The notes under the pieces: generated by a model
What the model was told of the DNA's origin: nothing
Database searches by the model: none
The model's input: only the letters and a program-made list of their open reading frames with translations
In this document: piece by piece, positions 37,018 to 44,371 of the stretch
Layout: each line of letters opens with the position of its first letter
Position numbering within the stretch: position 1 is the stretch's first letter
Position numbers and translations under genes: made by a program
Virus record (IMG/VR): IMGVR_UViG_3300045988_151219
Span: 64,001 to 128,000 of that record
Source: a virus
DNA: 64,000 bases
Reading direction: 5' to 3' (one strand)

Positions 37018-37536
37018 TTAAATTAAGATATCTATGATTTTTTCATAGTTCCTATTATATCTTAATAACTTATCATAATAATAAAGTTCAGGTGAATTTT
37101 TACCCTGTAAAGCCACTCTTTGATAATAAGGTGTATTCTCTACTGTAGCCTGCTCTATCTTGCTATATCCCTGTTTCATAGTTAAAAATAATGATGTTGT
37201 CTTGTCTTTCATAGCTTTTACTACAGTTTTAAATCTTGATAAGAAAATAAGAGAATTTTTATCATAGTAAGATAAGACTATTACTTTTAATGAAGTCTCT
37301 TCTATAAACTTTAAAAGCTGTCCTTCTACCTGCTTATTAAGAAATGAAATATCTTCTAACACAACAGGTCGGTCTAAATGCTTTATCCCTGAATAATAAG
37401 ACACAAAGTCTTTAACGCCATTCAGATTTTCCACATGATACATAGGAATTTTTATAGATTTCTTAAAGTCATTAACGTAAGAGCCTATGATTAGTATTGG
37501 ATAAACGCTTGGGTCTTTTAAATTAATTTTCCCCAT
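37018..37536 (-). CDS. Possible clamp-loader delta-prime-like subunit
   Basis: VVLEDISFLNKQVEGQLLKFIEETSLKVIVLS resembles the ...a.NaLLK.LEEp....fil block of HolB-like proteins. No Walker A. Confidence 0.3.
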   Translation of the reverse strand: MGKINLKDPSVYPILIIGSYVNDFKKSIKIPMYHVENLNGVKDFVSYYSGIKHLDRPVVLEDISFLNKQVEGQLLKFIEETSLKVIVLSYYDKNSLIFLSRFKTVVKAMKDKTTSLFLTMKQGYSKIEQATVENTPYYQRVALQGKNSPELYYYDKLLRYNRNYEKIIDILI

Positions 37537-37555
37537 AATTTCCCCACAAAATAAA

Positions 37556-37577
37556 AAGAGTAGTTGTTTCTACTCTT
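37556..37577 (-). terminator. Terminator hairpin immediately downstream of a GTATAATAT element
   Basis: Minus strand reads GGTATAATAT-AAGAGTAG-aaacaa-CTACTCTT-TTTATTTT, followed by the RBS GGGGA and ATG 37536. Confidence 0.55.
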
Positions 37578-37586
37578 ATATTATAC
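37578..37586 (-). promoter_or_regulatory. GTATAATAT element, site 4
   Basis: Minus strand reads agaaatgGTATAATATaagagtag, fused to the terminator hairpin 37556..37577. Confidence 0.4.
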
Positions 37587-37591
37587 CATTT

Positions 37592-38227
37592 CTAAAATTC
37601 CACATTTGCTACCAAATAATTAATTAAATCATGCCTAAACTCATGAATCACTTTTGATTTTACATTAAACATAACAGAAATTTCTTTAGCCGTAAACCCA
37701 GCTTCTAAATGAAGAACAAGAACCCTTAAGGACATCTTGCATTTTCCTAAAATTGGAGAATCAATAACTTCGTCAAGTAAACTATCGTTAGGAATAAGTT
37801 TCAAAATTCTTTCTCTCTCTAAACTGCTGTCCACTTCTCTTTCTAAATTCTGCTTAGAAGGTAAAACCATAGAAATTGAGAATCCGTCTTCATCTTCAAT
37901 ATCCATTGAAACAGAATCTCTGATTGCTGTGAATTTATCATCTCTTTTTCTAACTGAAATATCAAGCATTGCCCGATAAACCGCTAATTGTACAAAATAT
38001 TTTTTTGATGTTATCTGACTATTATATTTATCAAAGTATCCCTTTTCAAGAAATTTAACAAAGAACTCTTCCGCTAAGTCTTCAAGTTCTATCTTTGTTT
38101 TTAAATTACTAAATTGCTCTTTCTCATAAAAGTAGCTTGTATAAAATTTAGTAAGTGTATACCCCTCTTCTACTGTTAAGACATCATTCTTCGGAATAGC
38201 TCTAATTTCAGAATATTCAACAAACAT
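37592..38227 (-). CDS. Sigma-70-family-like factor (region 2 plus region 4 HTH)
   Basis: FFVKFLEKGYFDKYNSQITSKKYFVQLAVYRAMLDISVRK is region-2-like. LVLHLEAGFTAKEISVMFNVKSKVIHEFRHDL is region-4 HTH-like. First gene after consensus promoter copy b. ATG 38227 with a GGGAGG RBS. Confidence 0.45.
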   Translation of the reverse strand: MFVEYSEIRAIPKNDVLTVEEGYTLTKFYTSYFYEKEQFSNLKTKIELEDLAEEFFVKFLEKGYFDKYNSQITSKKYFVQLAVYRAMLDISVRKRDDKFTAIRDSVSMDIEDEDGFSISMVLPSKQNLEREVDSSLERERILKLIPNDSLLDEVIDSPILGKCKMSLRVLVLHLEAGFTAKEISVMFNVKSKVIHEFRHDLINYLVANVEF

Positions 38228-38274
38228 CAAAATTTCCTCCCGCCCTTTAAAATGAAGTTTTCTAAGTTGTATTA

Positions 38275-38303
38275 ATTATAAAAGAGATTGTAATTTATGT
38301 CAA
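38275..38303 (-). promoter_or_regulatory. Consensus sigma-70-type promoter, copy b
   Basis: Minus strand reads cTTGACAtaaattacaatctctttTATAATt, with a 17-nt spacer. The -35 overlaps the stop codon of 38300..38719. Confidence 0.75.
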
Positions 38304-38719
38304 GTCTTTTTAAAACTTTTCGTAATTGGAATACTACAATCTACAATCAATACGTTATGATTATCCACTTTCTCTAAAGAACAATAGAATTTTACTGAAA
38401 GAGAATCTTTGGGAACTATGTCCTGCATAGCCTTAACTACACTTGTACAAGATATAATAGATTGTGTAATTTCTTTATTTTTATTATATTTATAAGCTAC
38501 TTTTAAATCTCCGTTTTGAACTTCATCTATATTATTCAAAAAAATAATAGCTACTTGTTCTTTTTCTTTATTGACTAATACTCTTACTCTATACGGAAAT
38601 CCTAAAGATTGAAGTAACCTTTTCTTGATATAAAAGTACGGTGTCTTAGCCATTGTTAAAGTAACTGTATTGACATCTATATTATATTCTTTTCTTTTTT
38701 TCTTCTCTTCGCTGCTCAT
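38300..38719 (-). CDS. Hypothetical protein
   Basis: 139 aa. LGFPYRVRVLVNKEKEQVAIIF weakly resembles LSGPYKVKALVNPQTNQVVIF in 53946..54308. Confidence 0.55.
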   Translation of the reverse strand: MSSEEKKKRKEYNIDVNTVTLTMAKTPYFYIKKRLLQSLGFPYRVRVLVNKEKEQVAIIFLNNIDEVQNGDLKVAYKYNKNKEITQSIISCTSVVKAMQDIVPKDSLSVKFYCSLEKVDNHNVLIVDCSIPITKSFKKT

Positions 38720-38723
38720 TTTC

Positions 38724-38945
38724 TCACCTGAAAATAAAAACCATCAGATTAACTATAATAAGCATTAATAAACCTAACAAGCAAAATTTAAAAGTTTTTT
38801 CTTTATCTTCTATTTCACCTTTAAAAGATTCAAATTCTTTCTCAACTTCCAAAATTTTATAACTGATAATATCAAATCTATCAGTTATAAAATTGTTATC
38901 AGTTTTAAATTCAAGGTCATTAGAATCCGTTGTTAAGTTTTCCAT
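38724..38945 (-). CDS. Small tail-anchored membrane protein
   Basis: 73 aa. The C-terminus FCLLGLLMLIIVNLMVFIF is hydrophobic. AGAGGAGG RBS. Confidence 0.55.
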   Translation of the reverse strand: MENLTTDSNDLEFKTDNNFITDRFDIISYKILEVEKEFESFKGEIEDKEKTFKFCLLGLLMLIIVNLMVFIFR

Positions 38946-38973
38946 ATTTCCTCCTCTTTTGAATATAGGAATA

Positions 38974-39003
38974 GAGTCTTGAAAGTGCTAATTTTCAAGA
39001 CTC
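38974..39003 (-). terminator. Strong hairpin at the 3' end of the tRNA/ncRNA block
   Basis: Perfect 11-bp stem gagtcttgaaa/tttcaagactc with a 7-8-nt loop. The trailing U-tract is weak. Confidence 0.45.
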
Positions 39004-39009
39004 ACCCTA

Positions 39010-39249
39010 CTTTATCTACAACTATTATTAAGCTGTAAATAAATTTTGGTATAACGTATGTAGAAAGGAAGCTCGAAACTACGGGCTACTTGTCTAACTC
39101 TTATACCGGAAGTCAAACAAGCTCGTTATGAGGGGTCGTGAAGAATTGCACTTCACTTAATGATACTATCTACCCCAGGTTTTCCTAATGTAATATAGTT
39201 CTCCCCTTTTTGAAAAGATAAAATCTTATACTTTTACTACATCAGGAAA
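39010..39249 (-). ncRNA. Candidate structured non-coding RNA downstream of tRNA-Leu (unknown class)
   Basis: No ORF, and locally richer in G+C than other spacers. Helices: 39132-36/39172-76 enclosing 39138-43/39151-56. A 10-bp helix 39089-98/39112-21 has two pairs that are G-U only in the minus-strand RNA. Possible pseudoknot 39101-07 with 39048-54. Confidence 0.4.
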
Positions 39250-39336
39250 TGGTGCGAAAGGTGGGACTTGAACCCACACGGTATTTCTACCAGGAGATTT
39301 TAAGTCTCCAGCGTATTCCGATTCCGCCACTCTCGC
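39250..39336 (-). tRNA. tRNA-Leu (anticodon UAA), CCA encoded
   Basis: Minus strand reads GCGAGAG...GGAGA-CUUAAAA-UCUCC...long variable arm...GUGGG-UUCAAGU-CCCAC-CUUUCGC-A-CCA. Confidence 0.9.
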
Positions 39337-39346
39337 ATATAGACAA

Positions 39347-39469
39347 GCTTTTACAGAACCAGCTATTGCTGCCTTGTATGAACAATGGGAGAAAGCAGCA
39401 ATATGAAGAAAAGTGTTTAGGGATATTTTCTTAGCTGTAAGTAAAAGTATGAGGAGCGTCTGTAAAAGC
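39347..39469 (-). ncRNA. Candidate structured RNA between tRNA-Ser and tRNA-Leu (unknown class)
   Basis: 11-bp closing helix 39347-57/39459-69. Inner helices 39360-63/39434-37, 39364-72/39395-403 and 39406-12/39426-32. All pairs are Watson-Crick, so the strand is inferred only from the flanking tRNAs. Confidence 0.4.
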
Positions 39470-39507
39470 CCATCTTATATAAGCAGTTTAATGACTTACT
39501 TAGGTCA

Positions 39508-39598
39508 TGGCGGATAGAGTGAGATTCGAACTCACGCATGCATCTCTGCACCTAACGGTTTTCAAGACCGTCCTCTTGAGCCTCTTGAGTATCTATCC
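39508..39598 (-). tRNA. tRNA-Ser (anticodon UGA), CCA encoded
   Basis: GGAUAGA acceptor, ACGGU-CUUGAAA-ACCGU anticodon arm, long variable arm, GUGAG-UUCGAAU-CUCAC, UCUAUCC-G-CCA. Confidence 0.9.
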
Positions 39599-39601
39599 AT
39601 G

Positions 39602-39677
39602 TGGTGGAAGTATCAGGACTTGAACCTGCATCTGACGCTTATAAGGCGTCTGCTCTAACCGGTTGAGCTATACCTCC
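39602..39677 (-). tRNA. tRNA-Ile (anticodon UAU), CCA encoded
   Basis: GGAGGUA acceptor (one G-U), GCUC/GAGC D-stem, GACGC-CUUAUAA-GCGUC anticodon arm, UUCAAGU T-loop, UACUUCC-A-CCA. Confidence 0.8.
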
Positions 39678-39703
39678 ACATAAGAGAAGAAATCACTACT
39701 CTT

Positions 39704-39712
39704 ATATTATAC
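39704..39712 (-). promoter_or_regulatory. GTATAATAT element, site 5 (upstream of the tRNA cluster)
   Basis: Minus strand reads agaaataGTATAATATaagagtagtg, 27 nt upstream of the tRNA-Ile 5' end. Confidence 0.5.
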
Positions 39713-39747
39713 TATTTCTTCTATAGAATTTTCCAATAATTTTTCTT

Positions 39748-40011
39748 TTAATAAGCATCTAACATATATGCTATATTACCCAGACTTTCTATAAAGCCAG
39801 AATATTCATGTATATCGGTTAAATCATGAATTTCTTTACCTGGAATTTTTAGAAATATATGATTCTTATTCTCTCTACTCTCAAGAACTAAGTATGGAAA
39901 ATCTTTTTCCTATACTTTACTTGATATGAAAAATCCATTTCTGTTCTCAATTATATTAAATTCATATGGACTACTGTTAAGAACAGCTTGTATTTCTTTC
40001 TGGCTAATCAT
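39748..40011 (-). pseudogene. Small gene interrupted by a single in-frame TAG (39912-39910)
   Basis: ATG 40011, 33 sense codons (MISQKEIQAVLNSSPYEFNIIENRNGFFISSKV), then TAG, then 53 more sense codons in the same frame (EKDFPYLVLESRENKNHIFLKIPGKEIHDL...) to TAA 39750-39748. Confidence 0.5.
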
Positions 40012-40025
40012 AATATACTCTTTCT

Positions 40026-40475
40026 TTAAAGCTCATGTTCTTGATTAAATAAAATATGTTTAATTTTATTTATATTTTTAAATGCCTCTTCTTCCCTCAT
40101 AAAACAATTACCGATTTTAACATTAAGTAAATCAATCATATCTCCAGAAAATGAAGAACATACTACTCCTATAGTGTAGTTATCGTCAAAATTAGAAGTA
40201 AGTTCATTTGAAGACTTTCGCCTAAAATATACATAAAAATATCTACCATTCAATTTAGGTCTATATTCAGGCACATCAATTTTCATTCGCTCAAAATTTT
40301 CAATTATTAATTTCCAGTCGTCGGCTTCTTTATCTGATTTAGCATCATATAATTTAGAGTCTTTAAAATAATAATCCAAAGAATCCCACCCTTTAGAAGT
40401 AATTGTAAATATTTCTCCTTCAAGTACACCCAGTTTCTTTTGTAGTAGGTCTATAACCTCTGATTTTAATGTCAT
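40026..40475 (-). CDS. GNCF-family paralog 1 (uncharacterised)
   Basis: 149 aa. MTLKSEVIDLLQKKLGV... and C-terminal KIGNCFMREEEAFKNINKIK, both shared with 43788..44219 and 44372..44773. Confidence 0.65.
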   Translation of the reverse strand: MTLKSEVIDLLQKKLGVLEGEIFTITSKGWDSLDYYFKDSKLYDAKSDKEADDWKLIIENFERMKIDVPEYRPKLNGRYFYVYFRRKSSNELTSNFDDNYTIGVVCSSFSGDMIDLLNVKIGNCFMREEEAFKNINKIKHILFNQEHEL

Positions 40476-40501
40476 AATATACTCCTCCTCTTTTCTTTAA
40501 A

Positions 40502-40867
40502 TTATTTATTATCTTTAATGACTTTAATTTTTTCGACTACTTTATCAGCTACTTTATCTAAATTATCACCCAGATTTTCTATATTTTCTTGTGTGACATA
40601 TTTTGCTACTAACATTTTATATGCCGTGTCTCTATCAGGAATTATTATAAAAAGAAAAAGTAAAATACAGCTAATTCCACCTAAATATTTACCTACTCTT
40701 TTAAACTGTATAGAATCTTCAATATCTTCGTTTAGATTCAAATATAATAATATAACAAGAAAAGCACCAGCAAAACTAAGAATAAGTCCTAAATTAATTA
40801 AGCTTGAAAGCTTTCCAAGTAATTCAATGAAATAAAATAGCCAAGGTGAAATAATAGGCTCACTCAT
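40502..40867 (-). CDS. Small membrane protein (paralog of 14634..14978)
   Basis: 121 aa. ISPWLFYFIELL..., LILSFAGAFLVILLYL, ISCILLFLFIIIP, then a coiled C-terminus. Confidence 0.6.
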   Translation of the reverse strand: MSEPIISPWLFYFIELLGKLSSLINLGLILSFAGAFLVILLYLNLNEDIEDSIQFKRVGKYLGGISCILLFLFIIIPDRDTAYKMLVAKYVTQENIENLGDNLDKVADKVVEKIKVIKDNK

Positions 40868-41252
40868 TTAAAGCTCCTTCTACAGATAATCTTTGTAAAC
40901 TAATATTAAGATTTACAAACTTCCATTTCTTGATAACAGATTTCTTATAATCTAAATAATTTTTAACTTTCTTTTCTATGTCTTTAAGCAGTTTAACTTT
41001 TACTCTATTCATAGCTAAATTTACTCCATAATCTTCATCAAAAACATCTAATTCATGACATTTAGCTACGCATAGATACTGGTCTTTTAGAGTTAGCAAC
41101 TCATTTCCAGAATCAAAGTAATTATATAATAAATCTTGTATTCCCTCTATATAAGCTGTAACAAGTCTCTTGTTTGGATTGATGAGGACACAAACACGTA
41201 TCTTTCGATTAATGCCATCTATCTTAATCCTACGCATAATATACTTATCCAT
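40860..41252 (-). CDS. Hypothetical protein, member of the C-terminal D-x-F-D...G-x-x-L-x-x-x-R family
   Basis: CVAKCHELDVFDEDYGVNLAMNRVKVKLLKDIEKKV. Confidence 0.55.
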   Translation of the reverse strand: MDKYIMRRIKIDGINRKIRVCVLINPNKRLVTAYIEGIQDLLYNYFDSGNELLTLKDQYLCVAKCHELDVFDEDYGVNLAMNRVKVKLLKDIEKKVKNYLDYKKSVIKKWKFVNLNISLQRLSVEGALNE

Positions 41253-41256
41253 AAGT

Positions 41257-41625
41257 TTACCCTACAGAACTAATTCTACGAAAATCTAAGAAAAGCTCAA
41301 TATCTACTAAAATATCATCTATAACAGTATAATACTTAGAACTTTTACCTGTCATAATATTCAAACAGTAAAACTCTTTCGTTATTACTTTAATTTCATT
41401 TAAAATTTCTTCAAAAGATTTTAAATTAGCTTCAGTTTTTCTATCTACAAAAGTATTTAGTATTAACAGATTAACATGTAATAAAGGAATTTTATCTTTA
41501 CTACAAGCATCCCAATTAAGCGATGTGTCATTTGACAACTTTTTTAATTGTGATTCAATTTTTTTCAGATATGATTTAGCACACTTACTATTACTTGGAA
41601 TATTAAAATCTATTGTAGCTACCAT
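41257..41625 (-). CDS. Hypothetical protein
   Basis: 122-aa ORF. No motif recognised. Confidence 0.5.
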   Translation of the reverse strand: MVATIDFNIPSNSKCAKSYLKKIESQLKKLSNDTSLNWDACSKDKIPLLHVNLLILNTFVDRKTEANLKSFEEILNEIKVITKEFYCLNIMTGKSSKYYTVIDDILVDIELFLDFRRISSVG

Positions 41626-41777
41626 AGTTAATTACACCTCTCCTTTATATTAAAATTAACTGTTATACATATAATCCATTATCTTAAGAAAGGAATCAAC
41701 AGCATCCTTCTTAATAGTAAACTTAAGACCGCTAAAAGTTAGTTTACCTGTAAACTTTAATCCACCGCAAGCAGCTA

Positions 41778-41972
41778 CTACTCCAGGAGGAATCCATTCA
41801 AGCTCTTCAAATCAATTGAATCTCCTTCAGAATCCTTAAGCCGATTTATATAATTTTGATAAAAGTTTGGATTAAACCACTCTATAGGTGTTGAAATATC
41901 TTCTAACCCTTCTATTTCTCCTAAGATATCATCAGGACTGTTTTCTGATATTATCAAATCATCTATAGTCAT
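41778..41972 (-). CDS. Small acidic protein; possibly the 5' part of a frameshifted longer gene
   Basis: I chose ATG 41972 (4 nt after the adhesin stop) instead of the track start that overlaps the adhesin. Ends TAG-TAG. A second frame stays open through 41626..41777. Confidence 0.4.
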   Translation of the reverse strand: MTIDDLIISENSPDDILGEIEGLEDISTPIEWFNPNFYQNYINRLKDSEGDSIDLKSLNGFLLE

Positions 41973-41976
41973 AATA

Positions 41977-43770
41977 TTATCTGCTTTCTTTAACAAGCTG
42001 TTCAACAATCATAGTGAGTCTTTCTACTTTATCTTTCAGCTGTTTATTTTCTTCTGTGAGTGTATTTATCTGCTCTACTAATTTCTTGTTAGAAACATAG
42101 TTAAACTGGTTACTTGATTTACCAAATTTTACTGAAAATCCGGCATTGAACATGTTGTTACCATTGCCTACAGTAGAACCTAAGCTAAACATCACATTTT
42201 CACTCGGACGGTAGAATACTCCTAAAGCTACAGCATTAGCATTTCTATAATTTCCATATCCCACAGCGAAATCCCATTTTTCTTCCGGATTAAATTCAAG
42301 CGGATGTAATGCCGCCAAGGCTGCTGAACCTGCACCTACTTTATTAACCCTATCACCTAAAAGTTTTACGTCTCTTCCTACATTAGTAATGTTATTAGTA
42401 ACTTCATTGATTTTTGTGTTGATATTAGTAATACTATCAGAATTTTTCTTAATTGCAGCATCAAGTTTCTTATCAGCGTCAATTAAATTCTGTGCATTAC
42501 TAATATACGTTGTGTGTTGATAAGCATTGTGTAATTCTGTAGTGTTTGTAGAACCAATCATATTGTGAATATTAGTATCACCAGCAATACGATTGTCTTT
42601 CTCTTTCTGTAAATCAGACGCTTTAGCTACATCTTTAATTACAACATATCCAAGCTTAGTGTCTGAATAATTATCTTTCACTTCAAGTGTAACTTTGTTG
42701 TCTTCTATATTATACTCTCCAGGTTCTACTGAATTATCCTTCAGCTTTCCTGTAAGATTGACTTTTGAACCGTCTTTCTTGACAAGAGTAATAGTTCCAT
42801 CATTGTTAATAGAACCTTTTATAACATTATTTCCATGAACTACTTCTGCCAATGAACGAAGCTGTGCTACATTGACAGCATCATCAGAACTTGTACCAGC
42901 AGCTACATTGGTAATCTGACGTTTATACTGACTGTTGCCAACACTAACAGCACCAGCTGTAGACTCCCATACGGACCATCCGGTATGCTTTGGATTAATA
43001 TTCATGGTAGCAGGGTCCCACCCAAGAACTCCTTTATCAATATTTGCTAAAGACTCTTTGCCTAAAGCAATCCCGCCCTTAACATTGGTAGTTGAAAACT
43101 TTCCAATTGCAATGGCATCATCGGCGTATGTTTCTCCACCGATACCTATTACATTATCGCCTTTAACTGTCCACGCATTTATTCCAATAGAATATTTTCC
43201 ATAAACATTAGTAGTAGAACTACCTATAGCTAAAGAATCAATACCATATACGTAAGTAGAACTCCCAACAGCAACACCGTTAGAAGCAAATACCATAGCT
43301 TGTGTTCCTATAGCTACAGCATGATAACCATGTGCTTTTGCAGTGTCACCGAAAGAGACAGCATCTTGACCGATAGCTTCAGAATTTACTCCCATTGCAA
43401 CCGCTTCACCATCACCATGACTCTTTGCAGTACACCCAGAACCTACAGCTACAGAAATCCAGTTTCTACTATTATCAGCATTAGTACCATCAACTTCATT
43501 GTGATTTCCTATAGCCATAGCATCAAAGCCTTTTACTTTATTATAAACTCCTACAGATAAACCCATAGAAGCATTTTCCATTTCCGATTCTCTACCTATC
43601 ATTGTACTCCAGTTAGAGTTTTTCATTTTGAGTTTATTCCCAATGACAGTATATTCGGTACTACCTGTAACTGTGTTATTAGCTCCGTTGTCAATATCTA
43701 CAGCATAAGCTGAACTTGTTAAAAGCAAGCTTACTAAAACGGCAGTAATTAAGCTCTTATTTTTCTTCAT
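41977..43770 (-). CDS. YadA-like trimeric autotransporter adhesin with C-terminal coiled-coil extension
   Basis: Signal peptide MKKNKSLITAVLVSLLLTSSAYA. Head repeats (AVAIGTQAMVFASNGVAVGSSTYVYGIDSLAIGSS). Neck VSVGNSQYKRQITNVAAGTSSDDAVNVAQL. Asn-rich stalk. Anchor AGSAALAALHPLEF...AVGYGNYRNANAVALGVFYRPSENVMFSLG...NAGFSVKFG. Then about 48 further coiled-coil residues. Confidence 0.85.
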   Translation of the reverse strand: MKKNKSLITAVLVSLLLTSSAYAVDIDNGANNTVTGSTEYTVIGNKLKMKNSNWSTMIGRESEMENASMGLSVGVYNKVKGFDAMAIGNHNEVDGTNADNSRNWISVAVGSGCTAKSHGDGEAVAMGVNSEAIGQDAVSFGDTAKAHGYHAVAIGTQAMVFASNGVAVGSSTYVYGIDSLAIGSSTTNVYGKYSIGINAWTVKGDNVIGIGGETYADDAIAIGKFSTTNVKGGIALGKESLANIDKGVLGWDPATMNINPKHTGWSVWESTAGAVSVGNSQYKRQITNVAAGTSSDDAVNVAQLRSLAEVVHGNNVIKGSINNDGTITLVKKDGSKVNLTGKLKDNSVEPGEYNIEDNKVTLEVKDNYSDTKLGYVVIKDVAKASDLQKEKDNRIAGDTNIHNMIGSTNTTELHNAYQHTTYISNAQNLIDADKKLDAAIKKNSDSITNINTKINEVTNNITNVGRDVKLLGDRVNKVGAGSAALAALHPLEFNPEEKWDFAVGYGNYRNANAVALGVFYRPSENVMFSLGSTVGNGNNMFNAGFSVKFGKSSNQFNYVSNKKLVEQINTLTEENKQLKDKVERLTMIVEQLVKESR

Positions 43771-43787
43771 TTCTTCTCCTCATAATA

Positions 43788-44219
43788 CTAAAATTTTGAA
43801 TTGAGTTTCTTTATAATATCTTCTTTATGATTTTCAGCTTCTTCTTTTGTTCTGAAACAATTACCTATACTTACACAAAGTCTACCTAACAAGTCATCTT
43901 CATATTCAACGCATTCAATCATGTATTTATTATCATACAAAGCAAAAAAATTCTTAACTCCTATACGCCAGTATTTGTCTTTACCCTTCGGAACATAATC
44001 AGGCATTTCTATTTTTAAATTTTCAAATTGTAAAATTATATTAGCCCAATCATCAGACTCGTCTAAATATCCTGTTTCAGGCTTTTCTATGAAAAACATA
44101 TGTTCAGAAAACTGATATCTCTCTTTCCTTTCATCAGGATAAGTTACAGTAAAGATAATATCATCTTTAATATTTAAAATCTCCTGTAACTAGTCAATCA
44201 TATACTCTTTAAGTTTCAT
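43788..44219 (-). pseudogene. GNCF-family paralog 2 with an in-frame TAG at codon 10 (44192-44190)
   Basis: ATG 44219 MKLKEYMID-TAG-LQEILNIKDD... continues in frame into the track ORF 43788..44099. The full 143-aa reading aligns with paralog 1 (VIDLLQKKL), and the TAG sits at an aligned Leu position. C-terminal SIGNCFRTKEEAENH. Confidence 0.6.
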
Positions 44220-44371
44220 TTCTTTTCCTCCTTACGATATTTTGCATTCAGCTTTGTCAAGATTAAAGAAGCAGCTTTCTCAACCCTTTCAAAACAGCAC
44301 TCATAGCTGTATCAATTATCTTCCACGCTCTATCTTCTAAAGAGATTTTAGAACTTTCTTCTTTTCCCATT

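Noticed and set aside
39048-39107. A fourth, degenerate tRNA (7-bp GGTATAA/TTATACC acceptor-like stem).
   Set aside because: The enclosed sequence is only about 60 nt, and it lacks D-arm and T-loop consensus and a 3' NCCA. It is better treated as part of the structured RNA candidate.
39249-39434. A 61-aa + strand ORF.
   Set aside because: It overlaps the antisense of tRNA-Leu and the structured spacer. The tRNA call is far better supported.
39337-39507. Hammerhead, twister or HDV-like self-cleaving ribozyme in the tRNA spacer.
   Set aside because: I could not find the CUGAUGA...GAAA hammerhead core or other diagnostic cores by eye. It is kept only as an unclassified structured RNA.
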